Shown: positions 12,034 to 26,138, counted from the first letter of the whole stretch. The stretch is 62,889 nt of DNA, filler included, from Welwitschia mirabilis (GCA_051453625.1; 4 parts of one record of this genome joined end to end with filler, not necessarily neighbours in it); one strand, 5' to 3'. The notes: generated from the sequence alone by a model not told the origin. Translations and numbers: made by a program.

Positions 12034-15000
12034 ATCAATGATGAAGATAATGCTCAAATTTCTCTTGATAATCTTTTTAATGAATCCAATAACCTAAAGA
12101 ATGAAAGGAATATTCAACAAAATAAGGAATATGTAGTCATAAAGAATGATGAGAAAACCAAAGAAACAACCTAACAAAATAATGATAAAGATAATAATGA
12201 AGAAACTGATCACAATTATGGAACCATAAAGATTCATTCAAACTTTAGAGAGTATAGACTTGTTTATTCTACCCATACTTTTACATCTTTTTCACCTATG
12301 TCTTCATGTACAACTTTAAATCACATCCTTCCTTCTACTTCTACTTTCATTTACCTATTACCTTATGATCTTGATAATGATAAGATTTCTCCATCATTTC
12401 CATTTCTCAAAACCATATTCTTTTCCTTGACTTTCATAAAACTCATAACTTTGAAGAGTCTAATCCTTTCTCTTAATCTCTTCCTTTTAAAAATTCATCT
12501 AATACTCAAAGTAATATCCTTTCCTTTTCCATGAAGTTTACTTTATCTTGTGTTTTTAATGATTATTCTTTTTAAAAGTTTGACTTGAAATATCCTATAA
12601 TTTTGAATTAGGATAAACCTTATCTTGTTAATGATAATCCATGCCTAGAAATGAATCCTAAGGAGCTTCTCAATCTCATTAAATAGTCTCAAAGTGATTA
12701 AAAATATCTTGGATCTATATTTTGAGTAATTCCTTAAATGTGTTTTATAATGATACTCATGATTTATAATGTTTTAATAAGAGATTACTTGTCAATGAAA
12801 TTTATCACTTCTTTATCTCTTATTTGAATTTTGAAATTTTTAATATCAAACTTTTATCATTTTACTCTCTTTTCCTCTAGTTAATTTTACTCTAAAATGA
12901 TTGTATAACTTATATGTTTTATCAATTGGTTTCTCTTTGATTTAACCCTTAGGTCCTAGTCTTTTAGAAAAAGTACATCTTAACATGGCTTAGTTGAAAG
13001 CTCCAATTTAAATATTTAGAAAATTTAGAAGTTAATGAATTAAAAATAATTAAAATATTTATCAATTAAACCTTGAACATAATAGAAGTACTTATATTGG
13101 ATTTTCCTCCTCTCATTATCTAAATTCTTCCTTAGCTAATTATTTTAGTAAACATCATGCTATAAGTTAAACATCTTTAACTTGACTAATGTTTTACTTT
13201 ATGAAGTTACCATGATTAGTAAATTCTTTATTGAGCATTATAAATGATAAGATTACATTCACCAAAACTTAAGAAATTCATATGTTTATGAACTTAATTT
13301 TTAAGGAAGTTGCCTTGGTTTCTTTTATTCTCTCATCTCATTACCTCATCCTTATTTTTATGAGTACTTGTTCATGTGGAATTTATTTTTTCACTCAAGA
13401 AAATAAAAGAAAAAAATGAGAATGATCTTTTGTATCTAAAATAAAATCCTGGTCATTATGAAGTCCTACCACAAGCAAATCAAGGAAAAGTTTCTTGAGA
13501 GGGACCTTTGGCAGTGTGATATCATAGCCATGGGAACTTCACTGGGGTATCAGTTGGCCATGCTGTATGGGTTCTTACTCTTCTAATAGTGGTTGCACTC
13601 CCCTCATCATAGAAGAATAATTTTTACTTATAGGTTATGAGATTAGTAATGTCCCTGGTATCATCAAAGGTATTGCTTATTTTCTAGATTTATTTTACAT
13701 ATAGTACTTTTACATGATCATTCTACTTTTTTAGATCCTATTATTGTTTTGGGGTATGAGTAGGTGAGTTCATTTCTGAGGGATTTTGATCTTATCATTT
13801 CTTGATTGAAAACATTATATATACTTGATCTCATCATAATTATTACTTATTTGAGTGGTACTTTATGAATTTTTTAAATTTTGTTATGCATCATTATCAG
13901 GTTATTTTTTGATTTCTACCAAGAAACTGTGCTAGGATAGAATCTTGGATAGGTAAACAATATTATTCATGTTCTTAGTTGTCCATTTTTATTATGTTTT
14001 TCTTAGTTGTTTTATTTAAAATTTTTAAAGTCATTTCCATATCTTTTTCCATGTAATAATCAGCACTTGATCATTTTTTTTAATTCATAGTTTTTATTTG
14101 TAAGGGTTATTTTTCTTTGATCACTTTAATTGATGCATTCCTTTCACTTTAATTGATGTATTCCTTTTTTTTTTTTTTGCTAATTTTTTTTTACCATTTC
14201 TTTACTTTTAATTTTGCATACATCTACTTACAAAATCTTGAATGCTTATTGAGTTTGGGGTATATTAGAGGATTTTTCTTTAGCATTGATTCTATTTTTT
14301 TTTAGTACCTTATCATAAGCTAATCCTTTTATATTACCTTAATCTTTTCCTACTTTTGACTCCTTTACTATGATTTCTTAGATGATGATTCTTATCTTTT
14401 ACCTATCTTTCATAATTTATGATAACTTTTTAAGGCTTCATTATTGTTATTCTTGATTATCCAATTATACTTTAGCTTTACTATTTTTATATATCCTTCT
14501 TTTTCCTATTGTTATTCTATGTATGATATCTAGATGACTAGGTAAATGAAACAACTCCTCTTAACTTATTATGATACCAAATATACTAAATATGTCAGGG
14601 GGGAGCAGGACTGATTTTTATAAAAACTTAGAGATATTTAAGTAAAAATTTTATTTATGAGATCTTATTTTAAGCTTTAATGATACATATATAGTGCATT
14701 TATCAATATATTATTTCATATTACTTGTATAGTATGCATTATGAACATTATTTATTAGGCCACATTAGCATAGTTACAGAACTTTCTTGCAAGTGTAATC
14801 CAGGATACTCAACTAACCATGAACAAGGAAAGTAATATTATGATTTTTTTCCAAATTTTTCCCTAGTATAATGTATTAAGACTCACTAATAGATTTGTAT
14901 ATATCATTTTGAGTTATCACTAGTTATTTTATAAACATTAGTTTTAGTATCACTATCCCTGATCATGCATACATATGATCATTTTCTAAAGCTATCATTG

Positions 15001-16304
15001 TTACATCTTATAATGTCTATTGTGTAGGAAATTTAATTTTTATATTGTGATATGTTAAACATTTTAAGTAGGATGATAAAAAAGATGTTATTACTTGCAT
15101 TTTTCTAATAATCATATTTGCATGCATCTGATTTTTCTTCTGATTTTTCAAACCTATCATTGCCATTGTCATCCAGATGACATATAGGATAACATATATA
15201 TTATGCATCGTACAGATGTATTATATTAGTAAATATTTATGAACTTAAATTACATTTTCCCAGTTACCATTTATCTTGATCAAATTGTCTCACAATATTG
15301 TTGATCACTTACTTTATTAGGAATTGACAAGGTTAAGTAGGGGCTATATTGTAATGCCAATATATAGGATTTTGATGAGGTATTTTGACTAATTTTATAG
15401 GACATTTATATAAGTTTAGATATAATTATTATGATTATAGAGTGTTGATGGGATGATTATGAAAACATGCAATTATTAGCATATTTAGAGGTATTTCAAG
15501 CATGTTCTAATACTTAATGTTTTGAAGGAATATTAATGATGAAATAAGGCCGATTTGCTTTAGCTAAAGAGCTTTTAAAGGGTGTTGTCCCTACTATCAT
15601 CCCACTATCATTCCCACTATCATTTCCATGACAATCATAATGATATCACTTTAGTAGCTACTTGTAATACTAACATGGACTAGAACTAGGAGCCAACGAG
15701 CCCCTTTTTCTAAGTAGGTATCATCCCCCTTATTGTCTCCATAACATGAAGGATGATAATACTTTCAAATCCAACTATGGAAATTATTATAGAGCTCGAA
15801 GTTGATGACTTATGTCTTATTATGGGGCATCATACCTAGTGTCATCTTCATAATAGCTAGATAACAACTATTTATATAAATAAAATTGAATTATCTTATA
15901 ATAAGATCATGCATCCCACCTAGGCTACTTGGATTTCTTGTTTAACTTCTAGGGTTCTAATTAATTTAAAACTATAAATATTCATCTTGTCCTCACTTCT
16001 AATTCATATCTTATATAAAATATTCTTATGATGGAAGATTGAAAGATAAGATCTCCATCCATTAGGTGCTGCTACTTTGTTATAAGTGAATGTTACATTA
16101 ATAACTAATTAAAAAACTCTTTTCACTTCTATTGTGTAAATATTCTTTATGGTTTAAATTGATTATGGTTTGGTAAGAGTCTCATAATTTATTTAAATCA
16201 TAAGGGCAATCTTTATTAAGGTTGACTTTATTAGTTTAGATCTTTTTATTGAATTTTCTTTATTCCATTTCATATTTGCATTATTTATATTTTATTTGGC
16301 ATAT
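12034..16304 (+). mobile_element. 3' internal region, PPT and truncated 3' LTR of an RT-less Athila-family element
   Basis: 12034-15346 resembles the reverse complement of 2691-6830. PPT GGTTAAGTAGGGGCTA, then an LTR starting TATTGTAATGCCAA at 15347. Confidence 0.75.
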
Positions 16305-17390
16305 TATTACAGTGTGAATTTATGCAATTCTGAAGTTCTTTAGGTAAACTTGTAAATCAAATAACTTATAGAAAACCACATGTTATTATAGACAAGAGTT
16401 AACCCAAATGTTGTAATCCTAAGAAAGGCACTAGGCTCAGAGTTAGAAAGTTGATTTCCAAATGTATTTTTAGTCTTTTATCTTTTAATAATTAAAAGTA
16501 AATAATAAAGTAAATACAATGTAATGAAAATGGATATGAAATGCAAATGAAAATAGAATGAATTCTATTGGTTCCTAATTCTTCTATCACAAGAACTAGC
16601 TTCTCTATAGTTTCAATCAATTAAGAAGAGTATTTTACTAGTTCTTAACCAACATGAACTATAAGATCTACCAAGTAGAATAAAGAATGTAATGTGAATG
16701 TAAATGGAATAATAATGAAATCTAATACTAATTCAAGTCAACCTTAACAAATGTTTCCCTTACGATCTAGATAAATCATAAAGTTGTTACTTTAAAATAT
16801 GATCAATGGAAACCATAACGGACATACACAGAATTGAAATGAAAATAGCAATTGTATTGATTCAAAGAGTAGTTGGATTAATTCAAAAACTTTACATCCA
16901 CTTATAACAGAATAATAGCACCTCAATGGAAGAGAATTAGCCTAATACTAAGGAAAATCCTTTCTATAGCTCTACATGGACCTCTTATTCTTTAATCTTC
17001 TATCACAAGAATATCAGATATAAAAGATAAATTAGAAGTGAGGACAAGAGGAGGTATTTATTATTTGTATTAAAATTTCTAGGATCATAATCCTAGAAGT
17101 TGGAGAATAAATCCTAACAAATCAAGTGAGGTGCATGAACCCATTACAAGATAATTCAACCTTGCTTATATAAAATAGTTATTGTCTTGACTATTGTGGG
17201 GATGAAACTGGGGATGAAGCTCCATAATAATAAATAATTCAATAGATTTTGACTTTACAATCAGTTCTATAGTTGACTCCATTTGTTTTTTCATCCCTCA
17301 TGTCATGGAGACAACAATGAGGATGATACCTTCATAGAAAAAGGTGCTTCATTGGCTCTAACCTTCAGCTCATGTGTTGTCATCCCCTCT
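16305..17390 (-). repeat. Inverted Athila-family LTR (5'-truncated)
   Basis: Begins TATTACAGTGTGAATTTATGCAATTC, the reverse complement of the LTR end seen at 19250-19272 and 33345-33368. Confidence 0.75.
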
Positions 17391-17952
17391 ACTTTTATCA
17401 GAATAAAATTTTCAATTTATGAGCTTTTATGATCTAATTTTATAATGGGTTTTTTAGAGGAGGATTTCATGCTATTTGAATAAATTCTTTAGAAAATTCA
17501 TGAACTTTATTTTATAGGATCCAACAATACTTTCACATGTTTTTCCATGGTCATGTTTTCAGATCATCTAAATTATGCTATATTTACTTTTGTTCCTTGC
17601 TCTTTCAATGATACTAATGAATTTCAAGACATTATGTTTTGAAAATAGCACTGCTTAAGCTATTACGATAATCCATTATCATTGTTCTAGAATATGCATA
17701 TACAGTTTCATTTTTTATGAGCCATTAAGTCACCTTTTTGTGATTCCTATATGTATATCACATTCATTCATTCTATAGTAACATGCTTTAAGTAGGGGGC
17801 TTAGGAAAAATTTTTAAGAACTTGTATTAATTTATGATATCATTTTTCTATTAACTCAATTTACATTCTTTTAAGCACTATTTTTATCTTAACAAATTAG
17901 CTCACAATCTAGTTTATTTTGTCAAGGATTGAGAAGGTTATGTAGGGGGCTA
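17391..17952 (+). mobile_element. 3' internal end and PPT of an Athila-family element
   Basis: Ends GTCAAGGATTGAGAAGGTTATGTAGGGGGCTA, like 15320-15346. Confidence 0.65.
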
Positions 17953-19272
17953 TGTTGTGATGCCCATTTGTGGAAATTTGATAGTATATTTTGAGTACTT
18001 TTATAGGACATTCATATAGGTTTTGATGAAATACTGATAACTATGAAGATTTAACAAGATGATCAGCAAAACATGTGATCCTTAGCATTTTTAGTAGTTT
18101 CTCGGGCTTGTTCTGATATTGCATATTTGAAAGAAAGACTTTACAATGAGAACCACTAACTTGCCTTGGAGAATGGAGTAAAGAAAAAATGTCTTATCCA
18201 TAGTCATCCTCATGACACAGAGGATAACCACACTGCTTAGGTGGATAGAGCTTGTAATGCTACTAGCAGCACATGGAGTACATGGTAATAGGGCATCATC
18301 CCCTTAGTTATTTGGACAACAGATAGGACGACGGCATTAGTAACATACATGGACAACCCATGGACAATCCACAGGGCTAATGTATCACATGGGAAACATG
18401 ATGATGGCATTGTCCCCTATGTCATCCCCACGATAGTTAGGACGATAACTATTTTTACATGTTCGTAATAAATATCATTATAAATGAGTGGGTTTTTATG
18501 GTTTTTATGTCCCTCCTTTAGGGTTTTTGCCTCTAATTCCTCAAGTGAAAAATTATAAATACCCTTGCTATCCTTCGTTTTCATACCATCTTTTATACTT
18601 AATACTTATCATGGAAGATTGAAGGGCAAGAGGTCCATCTTGTGCTGTAAAAAGGAGTCTCTTTGGTATTAGGCTGTGTCTCTTCCATTGAGGTGTTGTT
18701 GTTCTAATTATAAGTGAATGTTGTACTGAATACTCTTTGATTAATATCATTTCTTTTTTCATTCCAATATTGTAATGTTCCTTATGATTTAAGTTGGTTA
18801 TAGTTACATGATAGATCTATGATTTATTTAGATCATAAGGGCAACCTTTGTTAAGATTGACCTTAGTTAGTAGTAGTAGATTTGCATTGCAATTCATTTC
18901 ATTTCATATCAGAGTTTATATTGGCTAAGAACTAGCAAATGCTCATTTTAATTAATATAAGTTATAGAGAAATTATTCTTTGTGATAGAAGGACTAGGAT
19001 CTAAGTAGAAATCCATTTCCATTTCTATTCATTGCATTCATATTTATTCATCTTGCATTGTATATACTTGCTTATTTACTTTTATTTTTTAAAAAAATAA
19101 AAATACTAAAAATACTTGGGAAAATAAATTCTCTAACTTTAATCCTAGTGCCTTCATTGGATTATAACATTTGGATGAACTCACATTTATACTAGCATGT
19201 GTTTTCTATAAGTTATATGATTTACAGGTTTAGTTGAAGGACTTTCGAATTGCATAAATTCACATAATAACA
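17953..19272 (+). repeat. Complete Athila-family LTR
   Basis: Starts TGTTGTGATGCC and ends TGCATAAATTCACATAATAACA; TATAAATA near 18554. Confidence 0.85.
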
Positions 19273-19849
19273 TTTTGATACTATTTTTGAGAAAGGCTGT
19301 AAGGAGCTAAGAGGATTGTTGCTAATCAGATAAGTATCTTAAATCCTCTGTTCAGGTTATTTATTTAAACTAGTACTATACTTTCTAGCTTAGATTAAAG
19401 TAGATTATTTTTGCAACTTTATTTTTTGTAATTTTTCTTAAGGATTCTATCATTTTCTCTGTCGTTCCCATAACCAAGGACATGACAGTTTAATATTTTG
19501 CAATTAGTTTCTATTTTTTAGTAAGTTTTCTCTATTTTTATTTATAATAAACTGTCATCTTGTCTATCGTTCCCATGACCTTAAAGGATGATAGTCTAAA
19601 AATTTTTCCACATTTTCAAATTTATTTTTCATAAATAAGTTAACTATCATCCTTCTTATTTTCCACACAATAGTTCAAACTATAGCTTGCATAATTTCTA
19701 TAATTTTTATAGCTTTGGATTTTTATTTTCTGTGATCATCATCCCAACTGTTATCCACACAACCAGGTAAATGATGGTATGCTATTTTTAATTTTGTCTT
19801 TTTATTAGTTATTTGAGCATGCAGTGATATGATGAATTCTAGTTAGAAG

Positions 19850-22800
19850 ACCAGATATTAGAGAGAATAGAACCTAATTGAAGAGAACATCAGAGAAGGA
19901 CTATTCAACTTTGAACTAAATCTAGGTATGCAAATTCCTAGAATTAAAGAACAAGGTTTTTTTCTTTTATTGTTTTAAAATCATATTTTGTAAAAGAAAA
20001 TGATAGTGTACAAGGCAAACATATTGTTTCTTCAAAAATGTTGAATGTTTTGAAAGTTACCCTTAAGGATTTAATTGCTAATTAAAAATGTTAGATTCAA
20101 AACCCTTTTGATTAACCTCTTAGAGATGAAATAGAACTAAGGAATTTAAGTTCTTATCCAAAATTTTTAGGGGAACTAGAGGAAGATCCTTTTTAACATT
20201 TAGCTAACATTGAACAACTAGTGCTTGCCTCTGGAAAAGGGAAAAAACATATGAATGACCGAATCTACATGATTATTTTTCCTATCACACTTAGAAGAAG
20301 AGCAAAAGTTTGACTCAAAACCATCCCACATAAGAGCCTTAAATCTTGAAATCAAGTGCAATAATATTTATTAAAATACTTTTGAGTGAGAGTTCTAGAG
20401 GAAGAGAAGAAAAAAAGTAACCAACTTCTAATTACAAACTCATGAAAATTATGTAATATCTTATGAGCATTTTATAATCACTAGCCATTCTACTCCTATT
20501 TATGAATTTCATAAAGAAAAGCTAGTTGATTAATTTTATAGTGGATTTAATGCTTTAAAAAAAACAACTTGTAGACTTTTCTTATGGAGGGAACTTGTTG
20601 AGCTTAATCCTAGATGATGCATGGAGTATACTAGAGAATTTAATAGAAATAAATCAAATCTAGCCTAAGCCCACTAAAGAAAATCATACTATAGGATAAA
20701 TTTTAAAAGATCTAAAAGAAGTAAAGCATGACAAGAAAGAAGAAATGGAGGACTCAACCAATCTAATGAAAGATTTTACTACTATTTTAGAGAAGTACAC
20801 TTAAATNNNNNNNNNNNNNNNNNNNNNNNNNNNNNNNNNNNNNNNNNNNNNNNNNNNNNNNNNNNNNNNNNNNNNNNNNNNNNNNNNNNNNNNNNNNNNN
20901 NNNNNNTAACATTGAACAACTAGTTCTTACCTCTGGAAATGAAAAAAAACATATTAGTGATCGAACCTACATGATTATTTTTCTATCACACTTAGAGGAA
21001 GAGAAAAAGTTTGGCTTAAAACCATCTCATGCAAAAGCCTTGAAACTTAGAGTTAACTATAAGAAGTATTCATTAAAATATTGTTGAGTGAAAGTTCTAT
21101 GAGGAAGAGAAAAAAAAGTAATCAACTTTAACAAACTTATAAAGATTATGCAACAACTTATGAATGTTTTATAATTACAAGCCATTCCAAACCCATTGAT
21201 GAATTTCATAAAGAATAGCTAGTAGATTATTTTTATAGTGGATTGAATGCTTTAATAAAAAAACTTATAGAGTTTTCTTATGAAGGCAACTTATTGAACT
21301 TAAGCCTAGATGATGCATGAAGTGTGCTAGAGAATTTGGTAAAAATAAGTCAAACCTAGCCTAAGACCACTAAAAAAAATCATACTATAGGATAAATTTT
21401 AAAGATCTAAAAAAGGTGAAGCATGATAAGGAAGAAAAAAGGGAGGATTCAATTAACTTGATGAAAGATTTGATCACTACTTTAGAGAAGTATACTTAAA
21501 TAATAGTTGATGCAAAAGTAGTTAGGAATAAAACCTCAACTTCTAATTGCAAACTTTGAAAAGATAACTCTCATCCAATAAAAGAATGTCCTTTATTACC
21601 AACTTGTAAATAAAAGATGTTTAAGGAAGTGTGTGACTTTAATTAAAGAACACCTAACTTTAAAAATCAATTACAATTTCAGTAAAGATCAAGTGGGTAA
21701 TCTCAATGAAAATGAAAATATATTTAAGAATTCCAACTTTTAACCAAGTTTTCAATAAAATCTGAATGATTCTCCTAGATAATCCATCGTGGAAATGAGA
21801 AAAGTGCAAGAGAAAACCAATAGCAACATTAAGAACCTAGTAAATGTGCTTCAATAAATAATTCTTGCCCACAAAAAGCCACAAGTGTCCCTTGCTTCTC
21901 AACTAATGTTTAACCCAAATGAAGTTAGGAGAAATTTAAAACTTATGACAAGAAGTGAAAAGGATACAACACCTCCTACCCATGAGATTTTAACTTCTAA
22001 TCAAAATGAACCAAATGAGAAAGATTATGTGGAAATGTTAGACTCTTATAACCTTCCATCTACATCACCTACTAAAGCCTCTATTAGAAATAATTTAAAA
22101 GAAAATAAAGGGAATAAATCATCCACTCCTCGGCTTAATAGATTAAATACAAATCTTACATTTGATGAACACTTAAAAGCCTTGATGCAAGAAGTTAACA
22201 TCAACCTACCCTTTTGGAAACTCTTGCAACAAAACCCCAAATATTCTAAGTTAGGAAAAAATTTAGTAAGAATCAAGAAAAAACATATCATTCCCAGTAA
22301 AATTTTTCTTATCTAGTCTCCTTCCAACTTAGTTATGAAAAAATGCCCTAAATTCAAAGATTCTGGAGTTGCAACTATTAGTGTTATCTTAGAAGAAAAT
22401 AAAAGAATCAGAAAGGATTTATTTGACATAGGCACAAGTGTAAACATCATGTCTCTTCGTATATGTAAAAGACTTAGGTTAAAAAGTAGAGTTAAACCTA
22501 CACCTATCATCTTAGAATTAGCTGATATTTCAATCAAGAGACCTATAGGAATTATTAAAGATCTAGTTATCTAAATTGAGGAAGCCTTTCATCCCATTGA
22601 TATTATCATAATTGAAATAGATTATAGTGGAAGATATCCACTACTCTTAGGAAGAGCCTTTTGTGCTACTACCCATTGTATCATTGACACACGATCTGGA
22701 ATAATGAAGTATCACTTTAACAACAAAGAAATCACATTAGTCTTTTATGCTATTGAAAAAGACACAAGAACTAATTTTAACATTGAAAATGAAATGAAAC

Positions 22801-25468
22801 CAACCTTTTTTTTACAAAATTGACTCATAGAAGAGAGATTAATCATGTTATATGAGCTGACTTTGTATGATGATCCCACTGAAGCAAACAGTTTTGAGTC
22901 TAAGGATGAAGATTATAAAAAATGGGAAGAAGCTTAATATCTTTACTTAATAGAAAATTCTTTTGAATATTATCATCCCATGTTTGTCATCCCCATGATA
23001 GACAGGACGACAACCCTACATAATATTCATGACCTTAAGAAATTATGCCCAAGTCTAAGATACATATTCTTCTTCTAAAATCTAATGAAACCCCTGATAA
23101 TTAATGACCTTCTCACTTCTTAATAAGAATCAAATTTGACTTCACTCTTAGAATCAAAGAAAAATGCCTTTGCTTGGATACATAAAGACTTAGATGCCAT
23201 TCCTCTTTCCATAGTTCAACATAAAATCTATCTTGAAGATAATGTCAAACTTATTAGACAACCCAAAGAAGACTAAATCTAGACCTTAAACAAATTGTTA
23301 AAGATGAATTCATTAAACTTATGGATGATAGAATTATTTATGTCATAGCTAATAGTAAGTGGGTTATTCCTTTAATAGTAGTTCCAAAGAAAGAAGGGAA
23401 ATGGAGAATATGTATAGACTTTAAAAAACTAAATGAGGTCACTAAAAAATCTCATTATCCTTTACCCTTTCTTGATTAAGTTCTTGATAGAATCCAAAGT
23501 CATGCCTACTATTGTTTTCTTGATGGGTATAATGGCTATAATCAGATTTTCATGGCAAGTGAGGGCCAAGCCAAAACCACCTTCACATGTTTCTTTGGAA
23601 TCTTTGCTTTCAAACAAATGCCCTTTAGACTTTGTAATGCCCCTAAAAAGTTTTAACAAGCCATTATGGAAATCTTTTATAATATGATAGAAGACTATAT
23701 TGAAATATTTATGGATGACTTCTCCATATTTGGAGATACTTTTGAATAAACTATAATGATATTAGAAAATGTCCTTAATTGATGTATTGAAAGTGGTTTA
23801 CACTTAAGCTAGGAAAAGAGTTTCTTTTTTGTCTAACATGAAATTGTTTTAGGTTATCACATTTTAAAAGAAAGGATTATGATGGAATCCACAAAAGCAG
23901 ATACCATTAAAAATCTTAACCCTCCTACAAATGTCAAACAAGTTAGATCTTTCTTTAGACATGCTAGTTTTTACCGTCGATTCATCCATGACTATGCTAA
24001 AACTTATAAACCTCTTTAATTCTTACTTGAAAAAGATGTTAAATTCAAGTGGACCGATTTTTACCAACTTTTGTTTGAAACTCTTAAGGAAAACATCTCT
24101 TCCAAACTTATTGTTATGGGTCCTAATTAGAATAAAGACTTTGAACTTATATAAGATGCAAGCAAAATTGTTGTCAGAGGGTTTCAAAAATATGATAATG
24201 GTTTCAAGGTCATATCTTATCTTAGCAAAACTTTATCAAGTATCCAAACCAACTACACTACCACTGAGAGAGAAATTCTTGCTATTATATTTTTTTTGGA
24301 TCATCTTTGATACTACCTTCTTGGTTTCCATATCAATGTTTATATGGATCATGCAGCCATCTGCTATCTCATGACTAAAAAAGATTTGAGTGTCAAATTT
24401 ATTAGATAGATCCTTTTAATGCAAGAATTTAATCTTACTATCATTAATAAGGCTGGGAAACATAATAGAATTACAAATCATCTTTATTGACTTACTTGCT
24501 TCCATGATAAAACTCTAATTAGTGACTCCTTTTCTAATGAGTAACTCTTTGTAATTAAATAACTTTATGCATCTTATCTTCTCAAATCACTCCTTGGTAT
24601 AGTGACATCATAAATTACCTACTGATTATGAAATCTCCTTAGATTGTAATAATAATCAATACAAAATGTTTCTCCATAGGATTAGTAACTATGAGTGGAA
24701 TAAGCCTCATATTTATAAATATTGCAAAGACCAAATTATACATAAATGTATGCGTAAATGGAAAACGTTAAAATTTTAAAACTTTGTCATGATGGAGTTT
24801 GTGAGGGATGATTTAGTACTCAAAAGACCATCATGAAAATTCTTCACTCTAGTCTTTATTGGCCAATTCTTTTTAAGGATTCCTTTACTTTTCTTGAAAG
24901 TGTGATGCTTGTCAATGCTATGGTATCCTCTCTCATTCTCATGATATGCTCCTCAAATCTATACTTAAATGTAAACCTTTTAATTATTGGGGAATATACT
25001 TTGTAGGCCCAATTTCATCACCTTCTAATGAAAAATTATATCCTAATAGCTATGGATTATATTACTAAGTGGGTTGAAGCTGCTTCAACCATCAAAAATA
25101 ATGTTGAACCATTTGCAACGTTTTTTGAACTTATATTTTTCAATGATTTGGTTTTCCACAAATTATCATTAGTAATTAAGGAACTCACTTCATTAATCAC
25201 CTCTTTCAAAAACTTCTTCTATCCATTGGTGTTGAACATAGAATTGCTTATGCCTATCATCCTCAAACCAATGGTCAAGCTAAAAATGCAAATAGAGAGA
25301 TCATGAAAATGCTTCAAAAATTAATCTTTGTTAATAAAAAGAATTGGTCCTCTAAACTTAATGATGTTCTTTGTGCCTACCATATTACTTGGAATAACTC
25401 TTTAGGTTTCTCACCCTCTAAACCTATGTATGGTAAAGTGTATGTTTTACTAGTTGATGTTTGTTATA
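19850..25468 (+). pseudogene. Degenerate Athila-like gag-pol (GAG-PR-RT-RH-INT)
   Basis: Protease DIGTSVNIMS (~22425). RT: KWRICIDFKKLNE (~23400), MPFRLCNAP (~23618), EIFMDDFSIFG (~23702). RNase H: DAS (~24155), NYTTTEREILAI (~24251), DHAAI (~24347). Integrase: CDACQ (24901), MDYITKWVEA (~25052), AYHPQTNGQA (~25250). Gypsy domain order; many stops and frameshifts. Confidence 0.93.
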
Positions 25469-25512
25469 NNNNNNNNNNNNNNNNNNNNNNNNNNNNNNNN
25501 NNNNNNNNNNNN

Positions 25513-25524
25513 TTAATTAATTAA
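25513..25524. other. Assembly linker TTAATTAATTAA within an N gap (also 41144-41155 and 50066-50077)
   Basis: An identical 12-mer with stops in all six frames is centred in three N runs. Confidence 0.92.
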
Positions 25525-25689
25525 NNNNNNNNNNNNNNNNNNNNNNNNNNNNNNNNNNNNNNNNNNNNTCATCCCTCACAAAATAGCAACCACTGTTTAA
25601 AGCATGAAGACAAAATGAATAGTAAAATGTTTGAAGCGCGAAGTTAGAATGTGCAATAAAATGAATGATTTTTCTTTTAAAGTTAAGTT

Positions 25690-25886
25690 GCTTTTTTTTT
25701 AGAAGGCATTTGTTGTAAATAACTTAAAAAGACATATTATTTAAGGTGTTTATTAAAATTAACACATTTGAAAAATTGAAAATGCGTTTAAAGCATTTGT
25801 CTAAATAAATGCCTTAAATAACTTTTCATTAGCTTTATTTAAAAAAAGCTCTATATTTGCCTTAAAAGATAATATTTCTAGTAGTG
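25690..25886. mobile_element. CACTA (En/Spm) DNA transposon terminus
   Basis: TTTCTAGTAGTG at 25875-25886 is the reverse complement of the CACTACTAGAAA TIR. It is preceded by subterminal AAGGCATTT / AAATGCCTTAAA / TTTGCCTTAAA repeats in both orientations. Confidence 0.6.
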
Positions 25887-26138
25887 CAATTTTTTAATAC
25901 TATAAGATGTAATAATATATGAAATGTTTTCATCTTAATTATGGAAGTAAAGTCTCTTCATAGTTAACTTCTTTAACTCACAAAAATCCATTTGGCAACA
26001 ATCCTCAACTTATGTTTCTTAATATTTTCATTGTCATTAGTTCTAACTATAAATCTCTGTCTTAAATATACTATGGTTTTGCCGTTTAAGTGATTTCCTT
26101 TTTTTTAAGATCATTTCATAATCATTTTGTATCAATTT

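Noticed and set aside
25513..25524. Palindromic TTAATTAATTAA occurring three times
   Set aside because: Always embedded in N runs; a scaffolding linker, not biology.
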